Part shown: one piece after another, positions 56,239 through 64,000 of the stretch
How positions within the stretch are numbered: the first letter of the stretch is position 1
Layout of the letters: each line of letters starts with the position of its first letter
Notes under the pieces: model-generated
What the model saw: only the letters and a program-made list of their open reading frames with translations
Told to the model about the DNA's origin: nothing
Database searches by the model: none
IMG/VR virus record: IMGVR_UViG_3300021354_000005
Location: 13,561-77,560 of that record
Strand: one strand, 5' to 3'
DNA from: a virus
Lineage: Duplodnaviria; Heunggongvirae; Uroviricota; Caudoviricetes
DNA: 64,000 nucleotides
Position numbers and translations under genes: made by a program

Positions 56239-57111
56239 ATGAGTACAATCGGTGGAAAAAAAAGAGAACAAAGTAATTTACCTGCTGACTTTACCAAAAA
56301 GGTAGGGTTATTTGAAGCAGAAGTGGTAGCAATCAATCCTGATGCTGAAGAGTATAAGGATATTTTAGGTATGGAACTTAAAGAAGATAGTAAAGCTACT
56401 GAGTATTTAGGCAAGGGTCAAAGTGGTAATAAAACACTACGTATTGACTTTTGGTTAGAAGAAGTAAAAAGTAAGGAAAAGTTCAAAGTGACATTCTTCT
56501 TAGAAGATGCTGCTAAAGAGAACAAAGATCAAACTAAGAAGCAATATATCAATGCTGTTGGTATGTGTTCTTGGGCTGATGATCCTAATAACTTAGCTAG
56601 TTGGTTTACAACTAGAGAATATCGTCCAGCATTTGTTGGTGAAGAAGATCTTTACAATTTCTTACGCACATGGTTAGGTAACCTAGACTTACGTGATGCT
56701 GAATCAACATTACAATTAGAGTGGAAAAAGCTTATGAATGGTAATGTTAAAGACCTTAAAACATTAATAGGTGGAGAATTTGCTACAAATGTAGTGGCTT
56801 TAGCTACTGTTAAGTCTGTAATCAAAGAAGATGAGACTAAACAATATCAAGCTGTATACAATAAAGCATTCTTACCTGGATATAGTTTAAAGCAATTTAG
56901 ATTGATAGACTATAACAACTCTAGTGTAGTTAATACATTAAAAGCTAAGAAGTCTAAAGATTTGAAACCTGTTGAGCGTTTTGTAATAAATGTAACAGGT
57001 GAATATGGTTGTAAAGACTATTATACATTCAAAGATCTTAGAGAATATAATGCTGATGAGAATTTAGTATCCTCTGATAGAGTGATTGCTGATGACGATA
57101 TGGATTTTTAA
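56239..57111 (+). CDS. hypothetical protein (290 aa); possible ssDNA-binding or annealing partner of the ATPase (speculative)
   Basis: ORF ending at an intrinsic terminator. No motif recognised. Confidence 0.4.
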   Translation: MSTIGGKKREQSNLPADFTKKVGLFEAEVVAINPDAEEYKDILGMELKEDSKATEYLGKGQSGNKTLRIDFWLEEVKSKEKFKVTFFLEDAAKENKDQTKKQYINAVGMCSWADDPNNLASWFTTREYRPAFVGEEDLYNFLRTWLGNLDLRDAESTLQLEWKKLMNGNVKDLKTLIGGEFATNVVALATVKSVIKEDETKQYQAVYNKAFLPGYSLKQFRLIDYNNSSVVNTLKAKKSKDLKPVERFVINVTGEYGCKDYYTFKDLREYNADENLVSSDRVIADDDMDF

Positions 57112-57136
57112 TATTTGTTCCATCCTCCATAAAAAG

Positions 57137-57170
57137 CCCTCATCAGTAAAATGGTGGGGGTTTTAATTTT
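57137..57170 (+). terminator. rho-independent terminator
   Basis: CCCTCATCA-GTAAAA-TGGTGGGGG (9-bp stem with two G-U pairs) followed by TTTTAATTTT. Confidence 0.6.
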
Positions 57171-57175
57171 AACAC

Positions 57176-58180
57176 ATGATTAACGGTAAAAGAAAGACTA
57201 AGTTAACACCAGAAGCTATCCTTGACAAGATTAGTGAGTATGATATTTTTAAATATTATATGCCTAATCATGACTGGAAGCTTAATCAGGTGACTTATTC
57301 CCCCTTTAGAATAGAGAATAATCCTTCATTTGTTATTGGTAATAAGAGAGGATTCTTATCATTCATAGACTTTGCAGATACAAATAAGCGTGGTAATTGT
57401 TTTGATTTTGTCAGAGCATTATATAACCTACGTACATTTGATGATGTATTGAGACTAATTGATAAAGATTTTAACTTAGGTATAGTTACAGGTAAATATA
57501 CAGATGATTATAAAAGAATAACATCTGAGTATAAACAACCTGAGCTTGAGAAGCGTTATGCATTCATTCAGGTGACTACTAGGAAGTTCACAAAAGAAGA
57601 ACTTGCTTATTGGTCCACTTATTACCAGGATATACAAGACCTTAGAGATAATAACATCTATTCAATCAAAAACCTCTACTTAAACAAGTCTAAGTTTGTT
57701 CTCCCAGAGAATGAATTAAGGTTTGGCTATCTATATGAAGGACAGTATTGGAAAATATATAGACCATTTGCTGAAAAGAAACAGAAATGGATGCCCAATA
57801 ATGTTCCTATTACATGTATGGATGGTAAAGAAGATATAATTAATTGTGAGACTGCTTTTATCAATAAAAGTAAGAAGGATTATATGGTAATGAAAAAGGT
57901 ATTTCCTTGCTGCTGTGCAGTTCAGAATGAAGGTATTGGTTGCTTCTCCCATGAGAATGTGGAGTATTTAAAAGCTAACAGTGATAAACAAATCCTAAGT
58001 TTTGATAGTGATGTTACAGGTGTTACCAATTCTCAGCAGATAACTAAGTTATTTGACTTTGGTTATTGTAATGTCCCTAGGAGATATCTCAAAGAGGGAA
58101 TAAAAGATTGGGCTGATTTAGCTAAAGCTCATGGTTTACAAGCTATACAAAATCATTTAATTAACAAAAGAATTCTATAA
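57176..58180 (+). CDS. DNA primase-like protein with a degenerate DnaG-type zinc-binding domain
   Basis: YSPFRIENNPSFVIG...FADTNKRGNCFDFVRAL parallels the DnaG zinc ribbon CPFHxEKTPSFxV...YHCFGCGxxGxxIxFV with the Cys ligands mostly replaced. Sits in the replication cluster near the DnaB-like helicase. Confidence 0.45.
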   Translation: MINGKRKTKLTPEAILDKISEYDIFKYYMPNHDWKLNQVTYSPFRIENNPSFVIGNKRGFLSFIDFADTNKRGNCFDFVRALYNLRTFDDVLRLIDKDFNLGIVTGKYTDDYKRITSEYKQPELEKRYAFIQVTTRKFTKEELAYWSTYYQDIQDLRDNNIYSIKNLYLNKSKFVLPENELRFGYLYEGQYWKIYRPFAEKKQKWMPNNVPITCMDGKEDIINCETAFINKSKKDYMVMKKVFPCCCAVQNEGIGCFSHENVEYLKANSDKQILSFDSDVTGVTNSQQITKLFDFGYCNVPRRYLKEGIKDWADLAKAHGLQAIQNHLINKRIL

Positions 58181-58944
58181 TGGAAAGTCTAAAAACGTAC
58201 AATAGTACATTGGAACTTCTTACAAGTGCACCAGTTCCTGCACAAACAAGAACATATAAACCAGTTAGTCATTCATCTCTAATCGACTTAACAATGAATG
58301 GTATTGAGAAAGCAGGCTTTATATTAGGCAAAGCTAGATATTCATCAGCTAGAGATGGTCAAGTTGCTAATGGTAGATTTACTATCACTAATGTTGCTGA
58401 TAGTGAAATGGAGTTACAAATTGGCTGGCAGAATAGCTATGACAGAAGCATGAGCTTAAAGTTTGCTATTGGTACAAGAATTCTTGTATGCTCTAATGGT
58501 TGTGTATCAGGAGATTATGGTGCATTCAAAAAAAGACATAAAGGTGATATTCAAGACTTTACACCATCTGCTATTACAGACTATATAAAACAAGCAGGTG
58601 ATGCATTTAAACTTATGCAACAGCAAAGAGAAGCTATGAAACAAGTAGAAATCACTAGACGTGTAAAAGCTGAGCTTATTGGTAGAATGATGATTGAAGA
58701 ACAATTTATTAGTTCTACCCAGTTAAACATCATTAGCAAGGAATTAACTAATCCTTCTCATGATTATGGTGCTCCAGATAGCTTATGGGAGTTATATAAT
58801 TACACCACATTTGCTATGAAGGAAATACATCCCACTTTATGGATGCAAAATCATATACAAGCTCACAAATTCTTTAATGAATATAGTGAGAATGTAATTG
58901 ATGTTCAACCTGAAGAAACATTTACACAAATATCAATATTTTAA
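58180..58944 (+). CDS. DUF932-like phage/plasmid protein
   Basis: PVSHSSLIDLTMNGIEKAGF...RDGQVANGRFTITNV...LQIGWQNSYDRSMSLKFAIGTRILVCSNG follows the conserved DUF932 layout as recalled. Not searched. Confidence 0.45.
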   Translation: MESLKTYNSTLELLTSAPVPAQTRTYKPVSHSSLIDLTMNGIEKAGFILGKARYSSARDGQVANGRFTITNVADSEMELQIGWQNSYDRSMSLKFAIGTRILVCSNGCVSGDYGAFKKRHKGDIQDFTPSAITDYIKQAGDAFKLMQQQREAMKQVEITRRVKAELIGRMMIEEQFISSTQLNIISKELTNPSHDYGAPDSLWELYNYTTFAMKEIHPTLWMQNHIQAHKFFNEYSENVIDVQPEETFTQISIF

Positions 58945-58945
58945 T

Positions 58946-59665
58946 ATGAATTGGGAGAAATTTAAAGAATGCTTTCATGAGTCTTGGCATGCAAAAATGC
59001 AACCATTTATTGAAAGTGAGGCTTGTGATAACATCTATAAATATCTCAAATCTGAGAGTCAGAGGGGCAAGAAGATTGCTCCTCTCTCCCAGAATGTATA
59101 TAGATGCTTTCTAGAGACTCCATTAGATGAGTTAAAGGTGGTTATGGTAGGTATGGCTCCATATCACACATTAAGACATGGATCTCCTATAGCAGATGGT
59201 TTATTAATGAGTTGTTCTGTTACTGGTGAGCTACAACCTTCATTAACTCAATTCTACAAAGCTGTAGAACTAGAGGTGTATGATGGATTATGTGCTTATT
59301 GTAACAAAGAGAACCCAGATTTAAAATATCTGGCTCATCAAGGTGTATTGATGTTTAATGCATCTCTCACTGTTGAGATTAATAAAGCAGGCTCACATAT
59401 AGAACTATGGGAACCATTTACTAAATATGTATTTGAGGAGATATTAGCAACCACAGGAGCTCCAGTTATATTCCTGGGTAAAGATGCTGCTCAATATCAA
59501 AAGTATGTACCACCATTTACATGGTCATTTGCTACATCTCACCCAGCTAGTGCTGCATATAGAAACACACAATGGGAATCAGGAGATGTTTTCAGAATGG
59601 TAAACAAGGTACTAAAAGACAACAACAATTTTCAAATCGAATGGTTAGATGGAGCACCATTCTAA
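58946..59665 (+). CDS. family-1 uracil-DNA glycosylase homolog lacking the catalytic Asp
   Basis: LAHQGVLMFNASLTVEINKAGSHIELWEPFTKYV matches E. coli Ung [35 protein letters not shown]. His motif SHPASAAYRN retained. The water-activating motif GQDPYH reads GMAPYH. Confidence 0.7.
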   Translation: MNWEKFKECFHESWHAKMQPFIESEACDNIYKYLKSESQRGKKIAPLSQNVYRCFLETPLDELKVVMVGMAPYHTLRHGSPIADGLLMSCSVTGELQPSLTQFYKAVELEVYDGLCAYCNKENPDLKYLAHQGVLMFNASLTVEINKAGSHIELWEPFTKYVFEEILATTGAPVIFLGKDAAQYQKYVPPFTWSFATSHPASAAYRNTQWESGDVFRMVNKVLKDNNNFQIEWLDGAPF

Positions 59666-59675
59666 AAACACAATT

Positions 59676-60035
59676 ATGTATACAGTTAAAAACGGTGGAG
59701 ATATCCACAAAGGTGATTTAGTTGCAATTAGCAACGGTAATGATTTTAGTGTAGGTATTTATTTTGGTCAGGGAAGAGGTGGTACATTTCAGTATTACTA
59801 TCCTAGTTCTCCTGGACAGTCTAAAACATATTATGAAGATAGACTAAAGCTTAATGGTATTGAAAAGACAGGACCATTTAAACTTGGTAATATATGGAAA
59901 GCCTATGTAAATACACCTAGAGATACTAGAATTATTAAGTTAAATAGAAGCAATATTACAGACCAAGAAACAATAGACAATATAATAGAATCAAAAGAAA
60001 TCCTTAAAGAATTTAATATTACAGTAAACTACTAG
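59676..60035 (+). CDS. hypothetical protein (120 aa)
   Basis: Track ORF trimmed to the Met after the upstream stop (MYTVKNGG...). Confidence 0.4.
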   Translation: MYTVKNGGDIHKGDLVAISNGNDFSVGIYFGQGRGGTFQYYYPSSPGQSKTYYEDRLKLNGIEKTGPFKLGNIWKAYVNTPRDTRIIKLNRSNITDQETIDNIIESKEILKEFNITVNY

Positions 60036-60039
60036 ACAC

Positions 60040-62397
60040 ATGATTTTAGAAAAACAAACCGAATCACACATCCTTGAAGAAGGAAGTACACAGGAAACTG
60101 TGAAAATGTCACTAGACTTAGATTCTGCACAAGTGTTGATGCAGATGTTAAGTAAGAATCTATATTCAGATTCAATAGGCTCTACTATCCGTGAATGTGC
60201 ATCTAATGCATTGGATAGTCATAGAAGAGCTGGATGTGACAAGCCTATCATTGTATCTTTCAAAAGAGCAAAGCAGGCAGATACATATGAATTTGCTGTT
60301 GAAGATTTTGGTATTGGTTTAGATGCAGATGATGTACGTAACATTATCAGTAAGTATGGTAAATCAACCAAGCGTAATAGCAATACAGAATTAGGTATGA
60401 TGGGCTTAGGTTTTAAGGCACCTTTAGCATATAGCTCTAGCTTCTATTTTGTATGTAGAAAAGATGGTATGGAGCGTAAGTATATGATGTATGAAGGAGA
60501 TGATACAAATAGTATTGATCTTCTTTATGAAACATCAACCACAGAAGCAAATGGTGTTAAGGTGATTGTACCAGTGAAGTATCACGATAGATACAATTTT
60601 ACTAATAAGATTAAGGAACAGTTAGCTTATTTTGAGAGTGTGTATTTTGATATAGATAACACAATTGGTCATACTGTAGATAATAACTTTATCATACATA
60701 GAGCTGAACATTATCAGTATTCTAGTCTTGCTAATAACAACTATATGCATTTGTGTTTAGACAATGTATCCTATCCAATTGACTGGGAGAAGCTTGGTAT
60801 TGATAGGATTAGTATGAAAATAGCTTTAAGATTTAGTCTTAGTGATGGATTATTTCCTACACCAAATAGAGAGTCTATTAGATATACACAGGAGGCTAAG
60901 CAAACTATTCTTGATAAGATAGCTATTGTAGCTAATATCTTTATGGAGAAGTTCAATGAGTCTATTACAGATAGTGCTGATATTAAGACTATTATGGAGT
61001 ATTATAGTAATAACGATAAGTCTATTAATGGTGATTTTATAGGACAATCAGGAAGACTTGATATAAACCATTTACTTAAACATGCTACAACCAGTAGTAA
61101 GCAGCCTAAATTAAAAGGTGCAGAATCATTGAACTTAAAGAGAATCGCTGAAATGTGTAAAGATTACATGTTAGCTGAGTATCAAGTTAAGTATAGATAT
61201 AATAGTAATAGATTTAATAAATCTACTAACTATTGGACTACTAACTTAAGAGTGAATGATTTTTCAAATTTTGGTTTTGGTGGTATATATCTATTTAGTG
61301 ATAGACTTAATAAAGGTAAACAAGACTATTTAAGAAGTATATTAGGAGATAATAATAATACATATTATTTTGTTAAAAAAGATAAACAATTTAAGCTTGG
61401 AGCTAAGACCGTTACAGATTGGGAAACTTACCATTCTATGTTAGATTTGAGAAACCATCCAAAGACTCAATGGAGACAAATGATTAAAGAGTTTAGATAT
61501 ATAATAGAAATGTATTCTAAAACCTTTATTGATGCAGATGCTATTGATATACCACAAGCGTTCATAGATGCCCAAAAGGCTAAAAGAATGAAGGTGTTAG
61601 TAAAACCTACCACTGTAAATGGTGTTAAGAAAGTTAGAATGAAAGGTGAGTTCTCTGGTAAAAAAGGTGAATCAACCCAAAACAACCTAACTGACCAATA
61701 TTGTAAGTTTGTCCCTAATACGTATAAAATGGAGGATATCCATAAATTAACAAAGTTACATGTATATGCTAAAGAAACTGATAAGAAGAAAATGGATAAT
61801 GCTTGGTCTTGTTTTAATAAACATGCAGCATTTATATTAGTTGCACAAGCAACCTATGACAACTTACAGAAAGCTGATTTACATAACTGGATAACAATTG
61901 ATAAATTTATGGAAGGTAAAAATAGACCATTTAAGACAGTAGCTACAGAATTTCTAATCAGCGATTTGATTGAAAAATATAGTGCTACATTTAAAAGAAT
62001 AAATACAGTTAAAGAGATATCTGCTGATTTAGCAGATAAATTACAGACATTACATGAGTATCATAATAGTCAATATAGGAGTTATGCTGATGATAACACT
62101 AAAAAAGCAGTTATAGAACATGCTATAGCAAACAATTTATTTGACCAGCCTACATATTTAGTGTACAAGCAGGTTAATGAAGTGTTTACTAAGCTAACGT
62201 TCTTAGATGCTATATTAGATACAATGCATTATAGTAATTCTAAAAAGGATTCTCCTATGATGGTAGCTATAGTTGATTTATTCAAATATCATAAACATAA
62301 AGTTAATCTAGAGCATTATAAAATAAAATTAACAGAAGATGCTCCATTAGATGAAACATTAACAGAAGAAACAATTGACGAATTACAAACAATTTAA
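60040..62397 (+). CDS. Hsp90/HtpG-like GHKL ATPase (785 aa)
   Basis: N-terminal LMQMLSKNLYSDSIGSTIRECASNALDS is similar to the Hsp90 N-terminal signature region. G1 box VEDFGIGLDADD. G2 GMMGLGFKAPLAYS. Middle-domain-like loop LSDGLFPTPNRESIRY resembles the Hsp90 catalytic-Arg loop. Confidence 0.6.
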   Translation: MILEKQTESHILEEGSTQETVKMSLDLDSAQVLMQMLSKNLYSDSIGSTIRECASNALDSHRRAGCDKPIIVSFKRAKQADTYEFAVEDFGIGLDADDVRNIISKYGKSTKRNSNTELGMMGLGFKAPLAYSSSFYFVCRKDGMERKYMMYEGDDTNSIDLLYETSTTEANGVKVIVPVKYHDRYNFTNKIKEQLAYFESVYFDIDNTIGHTVDNNFIIHRAEHYQYSSLANNNYMHLCLDNVSYPIDWEKLGIDRISMKIALRFSLSDGLFPTPNRESIRYTQEAKQTILDKIAIVANIFMEKFNESITDSADIKTIMEYYSNNDKSINGDFIGQSGRLDINHLLKHATTSSKQPKLKGAESLNLKRIAEMCKDYMLAEYQVKYRYNSNRFNKSTNYWTTNLRVNDFSNFGFGGIYLFSDRLNKGKQDYLRSILGDNNNTYYFVKKDKQFKLGAKTVTDWETYHSMLDLRNHPKTQWRQMIKEFRYIIEMYSKTFIDADAIDIPQAFIDAQKAKRMKVLVKPTTVNGVKKVRMKGEFSGKKGESTQNNLTDQYCKFVPNTYKMEDIHKLTKLHVYAKETDKKKMDNAWSCFNKHAAFILVAQATYDNLQKADLHNWITIDKFMEGKNRPFKTVATEFLISDLIEKYSATFKRINTVKEISADLADKLQTLHEYHNSQYRSYADDNTKKAVIEHAIANNLFDQPTYLVYKQVNEVFTKLTFLDAILDTMHYSNSKKDSPMMVAIVDLFKYHKHKVNLEHYKIKLTEDAPLDETLTEETIDELQTI

Positions 62398-62408
62398 AAA
62401 ACAAAAAC

Positions 62409-63971
62409 ATGGGATTATTTAGCCTAAGCTGGTTCAAGAGCCAGAAAGAAAAACAAATTGAAGATTTACGACATGACATTAGAGTTAAAGAATTAGAAAA
62501 AGCATTAGAAAGAATAGATGCTAAACCAGTAGATACTTTTCAAACTGGTTATAATCCTTTTACTGCTGCAACATGGACACCTGCACCAAATTTTAGTACT
62601 GCTGCAGGAGAATATACACCAATCTCTAAGCCATATACAAATATAAAGATGGTGAATGATACATTGACTATTGTATTATTAGATGGTTCTATCATTACTA
62701 AGTCTCCTGCAACTGCAGGGGATTTTAATACTGCTAGAGACTGTAGAACAGAATCTTGTTTATTAAATCTTGTAAGCACACAGGAAGTTAAGGATCAGAG
62801 AAGAAAGGCTGAAGCAGAATATGAGAAGGTAAAAGCTGTAGCAAGAGGTGCTGAGCATTTAGCTACATTAGATGAGTTTGAAATGAAACATGGTAGTTTG
62901 TATCTAAAGGGTATCAACAGAAGCATTCCACCATTAATGGTAGAGGAATTCTTAGAAATTGTTGGTACCAGAGGTGGTACAGATAATGACCAGTTTCAAG
63001 CTTTACACAGATTTTTTATGTGGTGTTGCTTGAATCCTAGAGCTGAGGTAGCTGATAAGTTATATAACTTCTTACAGAAGAATAGCTTTAAGATTACTAA
63101 GCAGGGGTTCTTTGTAGCTCTTCGTAATGTGGTTACACTCCATGGATCTACAGAACTAGTACAATTCATCAGCAATGCTTACAACAAGGTGAAGGCTGTA
63201 TGGAAGAAAAGCCCAGCTGATTACACTGTATTCCTAGAGAATGGTGAGTATAGAATGGTTCATAAAGACTGGTTATTCAAAGTTGAAAAATGTACATGTG
63301 AATATTGTGATGGTACAGGATCTATTCCTGAAGGTGATTATGGTGATGGATGGGAAGATAGTTGTGAGTGTCCAGAGTGTGATGGTGAAGGTATGTATGA
63401 GCACACTGTTAAAATTGAAAATGGTGAAGAGATTGGTGGTTTAACAGATTTATATCTTGATCTTCCTAATAGAGCAGAGAATAGATTTACAGATGCTCAT
63501 ACAAAGACATTTGATATCAGAATTGGTAGACCAGTAAGTATGCCTATGGAGAAATGCAGATGGAATACTGATGATTGTGGTGCTGAAGGTTTACACTTTA
63601 CTAGTGATGAGATTCATTATGTAGGTTGTGGTGATACGAGCGTTCTCGTACTTATTAATCCAATGAAGGTTGTAGGTATTGGTGAGTCTAAGGGTAGATG
63701 TTATGAGTATTTACCAATTATGACTGTTCCTACTGATGAAGCAACAGACATTTTACATGATTTAGACTTTGATACATTAGAGTTGGATGAGTCTTATGCT
63801 GTGCGTGAATTAGAAAACTTGGCTGAGAAAGCTAAAGAAGGATTCACAGCTGAAGCTAAGAAGTATGATTTTAATCTTCCTGCTTTATCTGCTGTAGAAG
63901 TGTATACAATTGTGAAATCTTTAGATGAAATTAAGCAAGAAATATCTAAAAGAATCGTAACAATTGATTAA
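62409..63971 (+). CDS. protein with DnaJ-type CxxCxGxG zinc fingers (520 aa), no J domain
   Basis: CTCEYCDGTGS and CECPECDGEGM (two CxxCxGxG units) in the C-terminal half. N-terminal coiled coil. No HPD motif. Confidence 0.5.
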   Translation: MGLFSLSWFKSQKEKQIEDLRHDIRVKELEKALERIDAKPVDTFQTGYNPFTAATWTPAPNFSTAAGEYTPISKPYTNIKMVNDTLTIVLLDGSIITKSPATAGDFNTARDCRTESCLLNLVSTQEVKDQRRKAEAEYEKVKAVARGAEHLATLDEFEMKHGSLYLKGINRSIPPLMVEEFLEIVGTRGGTDNDQFQALHRFFMWCCLNPRAEVADKLYNFLQKNSFKITKQGFFVALRNVVTLHGSTELVQFISNAYNKVKAVWKKSPADYTVFLENGEYRMVHKDWLFKVEKCTCEYCDGTGSIPEGDYGDGWEDSCECPECDGEGMYEHTVKIENGEEIGGLTDLYLDLPNRAENRFTDAHTKTFDIRIGRPVSMPMEKCRWNTDDCGAEGLHFTSDEIHYVGCGDTSVLVLINPMKVVGIGESKGRCYEYLPIMTVPTDEATDILHDLDFDTLELDESYAVRELENLAEKAKEGFTAEAKKYDFNLPALSAVEVYTIVKSLDEIKQEISKRIVTID

Positions 63972-63974
63972 ATT

Positions 63975-64000
63975 TGTAGTCCCAGGAGTAACATCCTGGG
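63975..64000 (+). terminator. stem-loop immediately after the last ORF (likely terminator; truncated by window end)
   Basis: CCCAGGA-GTAACA-TCCTGGG, a perfect 7-bp stem. The downstream T tract cannot be seen. Confidence 0.4.

Noticed and set aside
1-64000. Integrase, attachment-site, lysogeny module or CRISPR array
   Set aside because: No tyrosine- or serine-recombinase motifs, no repeat-spacer arrays and no tRNA were seen. The window looks like a lytic-type phage segment. A lysis cassette (endolysin or holin) was also not recognisable and may lie outside the window or be one of the unassigned ORFs.

Overview
This window looks like about 64 kb of a large, AT-rich tailed dsDNA phage genome. 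No rRNA, tRNA, CRISPR, integrase or obvious host genes were seen. Genes lack Shine-Dalgarno sequences and sit in A-rich start contexts, which suggests (inference only) a Bacteroidota-type host.

The window has two divergent arms around a ~1-kb control region at 38721-39731.

Leftward arm (minus strand, 38720 down to 1): a late/structural operon.
- Regulators at the head: an HTH regulator, an HU-like protein and a Zn-finger protein.
- Packaging and head: large terminase, portal, an acidic scaffold-like protein and the major capsid protein, followed by an HNH endonuclease.
- A long tail/adsorption block: a T4-gp12-type tail-collar protein, a collagen-like tail fibre with a C-terminal S74 intramolecular-chaperone domain, a seven-Asp-box BNR beta-propeller, and four proteins sharing one ~70-aa N-terminal domain.
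- Giant virion proteins of 1606, 946, 908 and 851 aa, with a free-standing GIY-YIG endonuclease inserted among them.

Rightward arm (plus strand, 39732-64000): an early/replication module.
- Many small ORFs, several in stop/start overlaps.
- A compact family-B DNA polymerase with N-terminal proofreading motifs.
- A 2OG-Fe(II) oxygenase, a DnaB-C-terminal-type helicase, an SF2 helicase and a P-loop ATPase.
- A DnaG-like primase with a degenerate zinc ribbon, a DUF932-like protein and a family-1 UDG homolog lacking the catalytic Asp.

Strongest findings:
- At 60040-63971, an Hsp90/HtpG-like GHKL ATPase (785 aa) sits next to a 520-aa protein with DnaJ-type CxxCxGxG zinc fingers. This reads as a possible phage-encoded chaperone module.
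- A free-standing protein (54896-55309) carries a bona fide RNA polymerase alpha-subunit C-terminal domain.
- The control region contains several distinct repeated operator- or iteron-like motifs and a GC-rich structured island.

All calls rest on motif recognition by eye. No searches were run.
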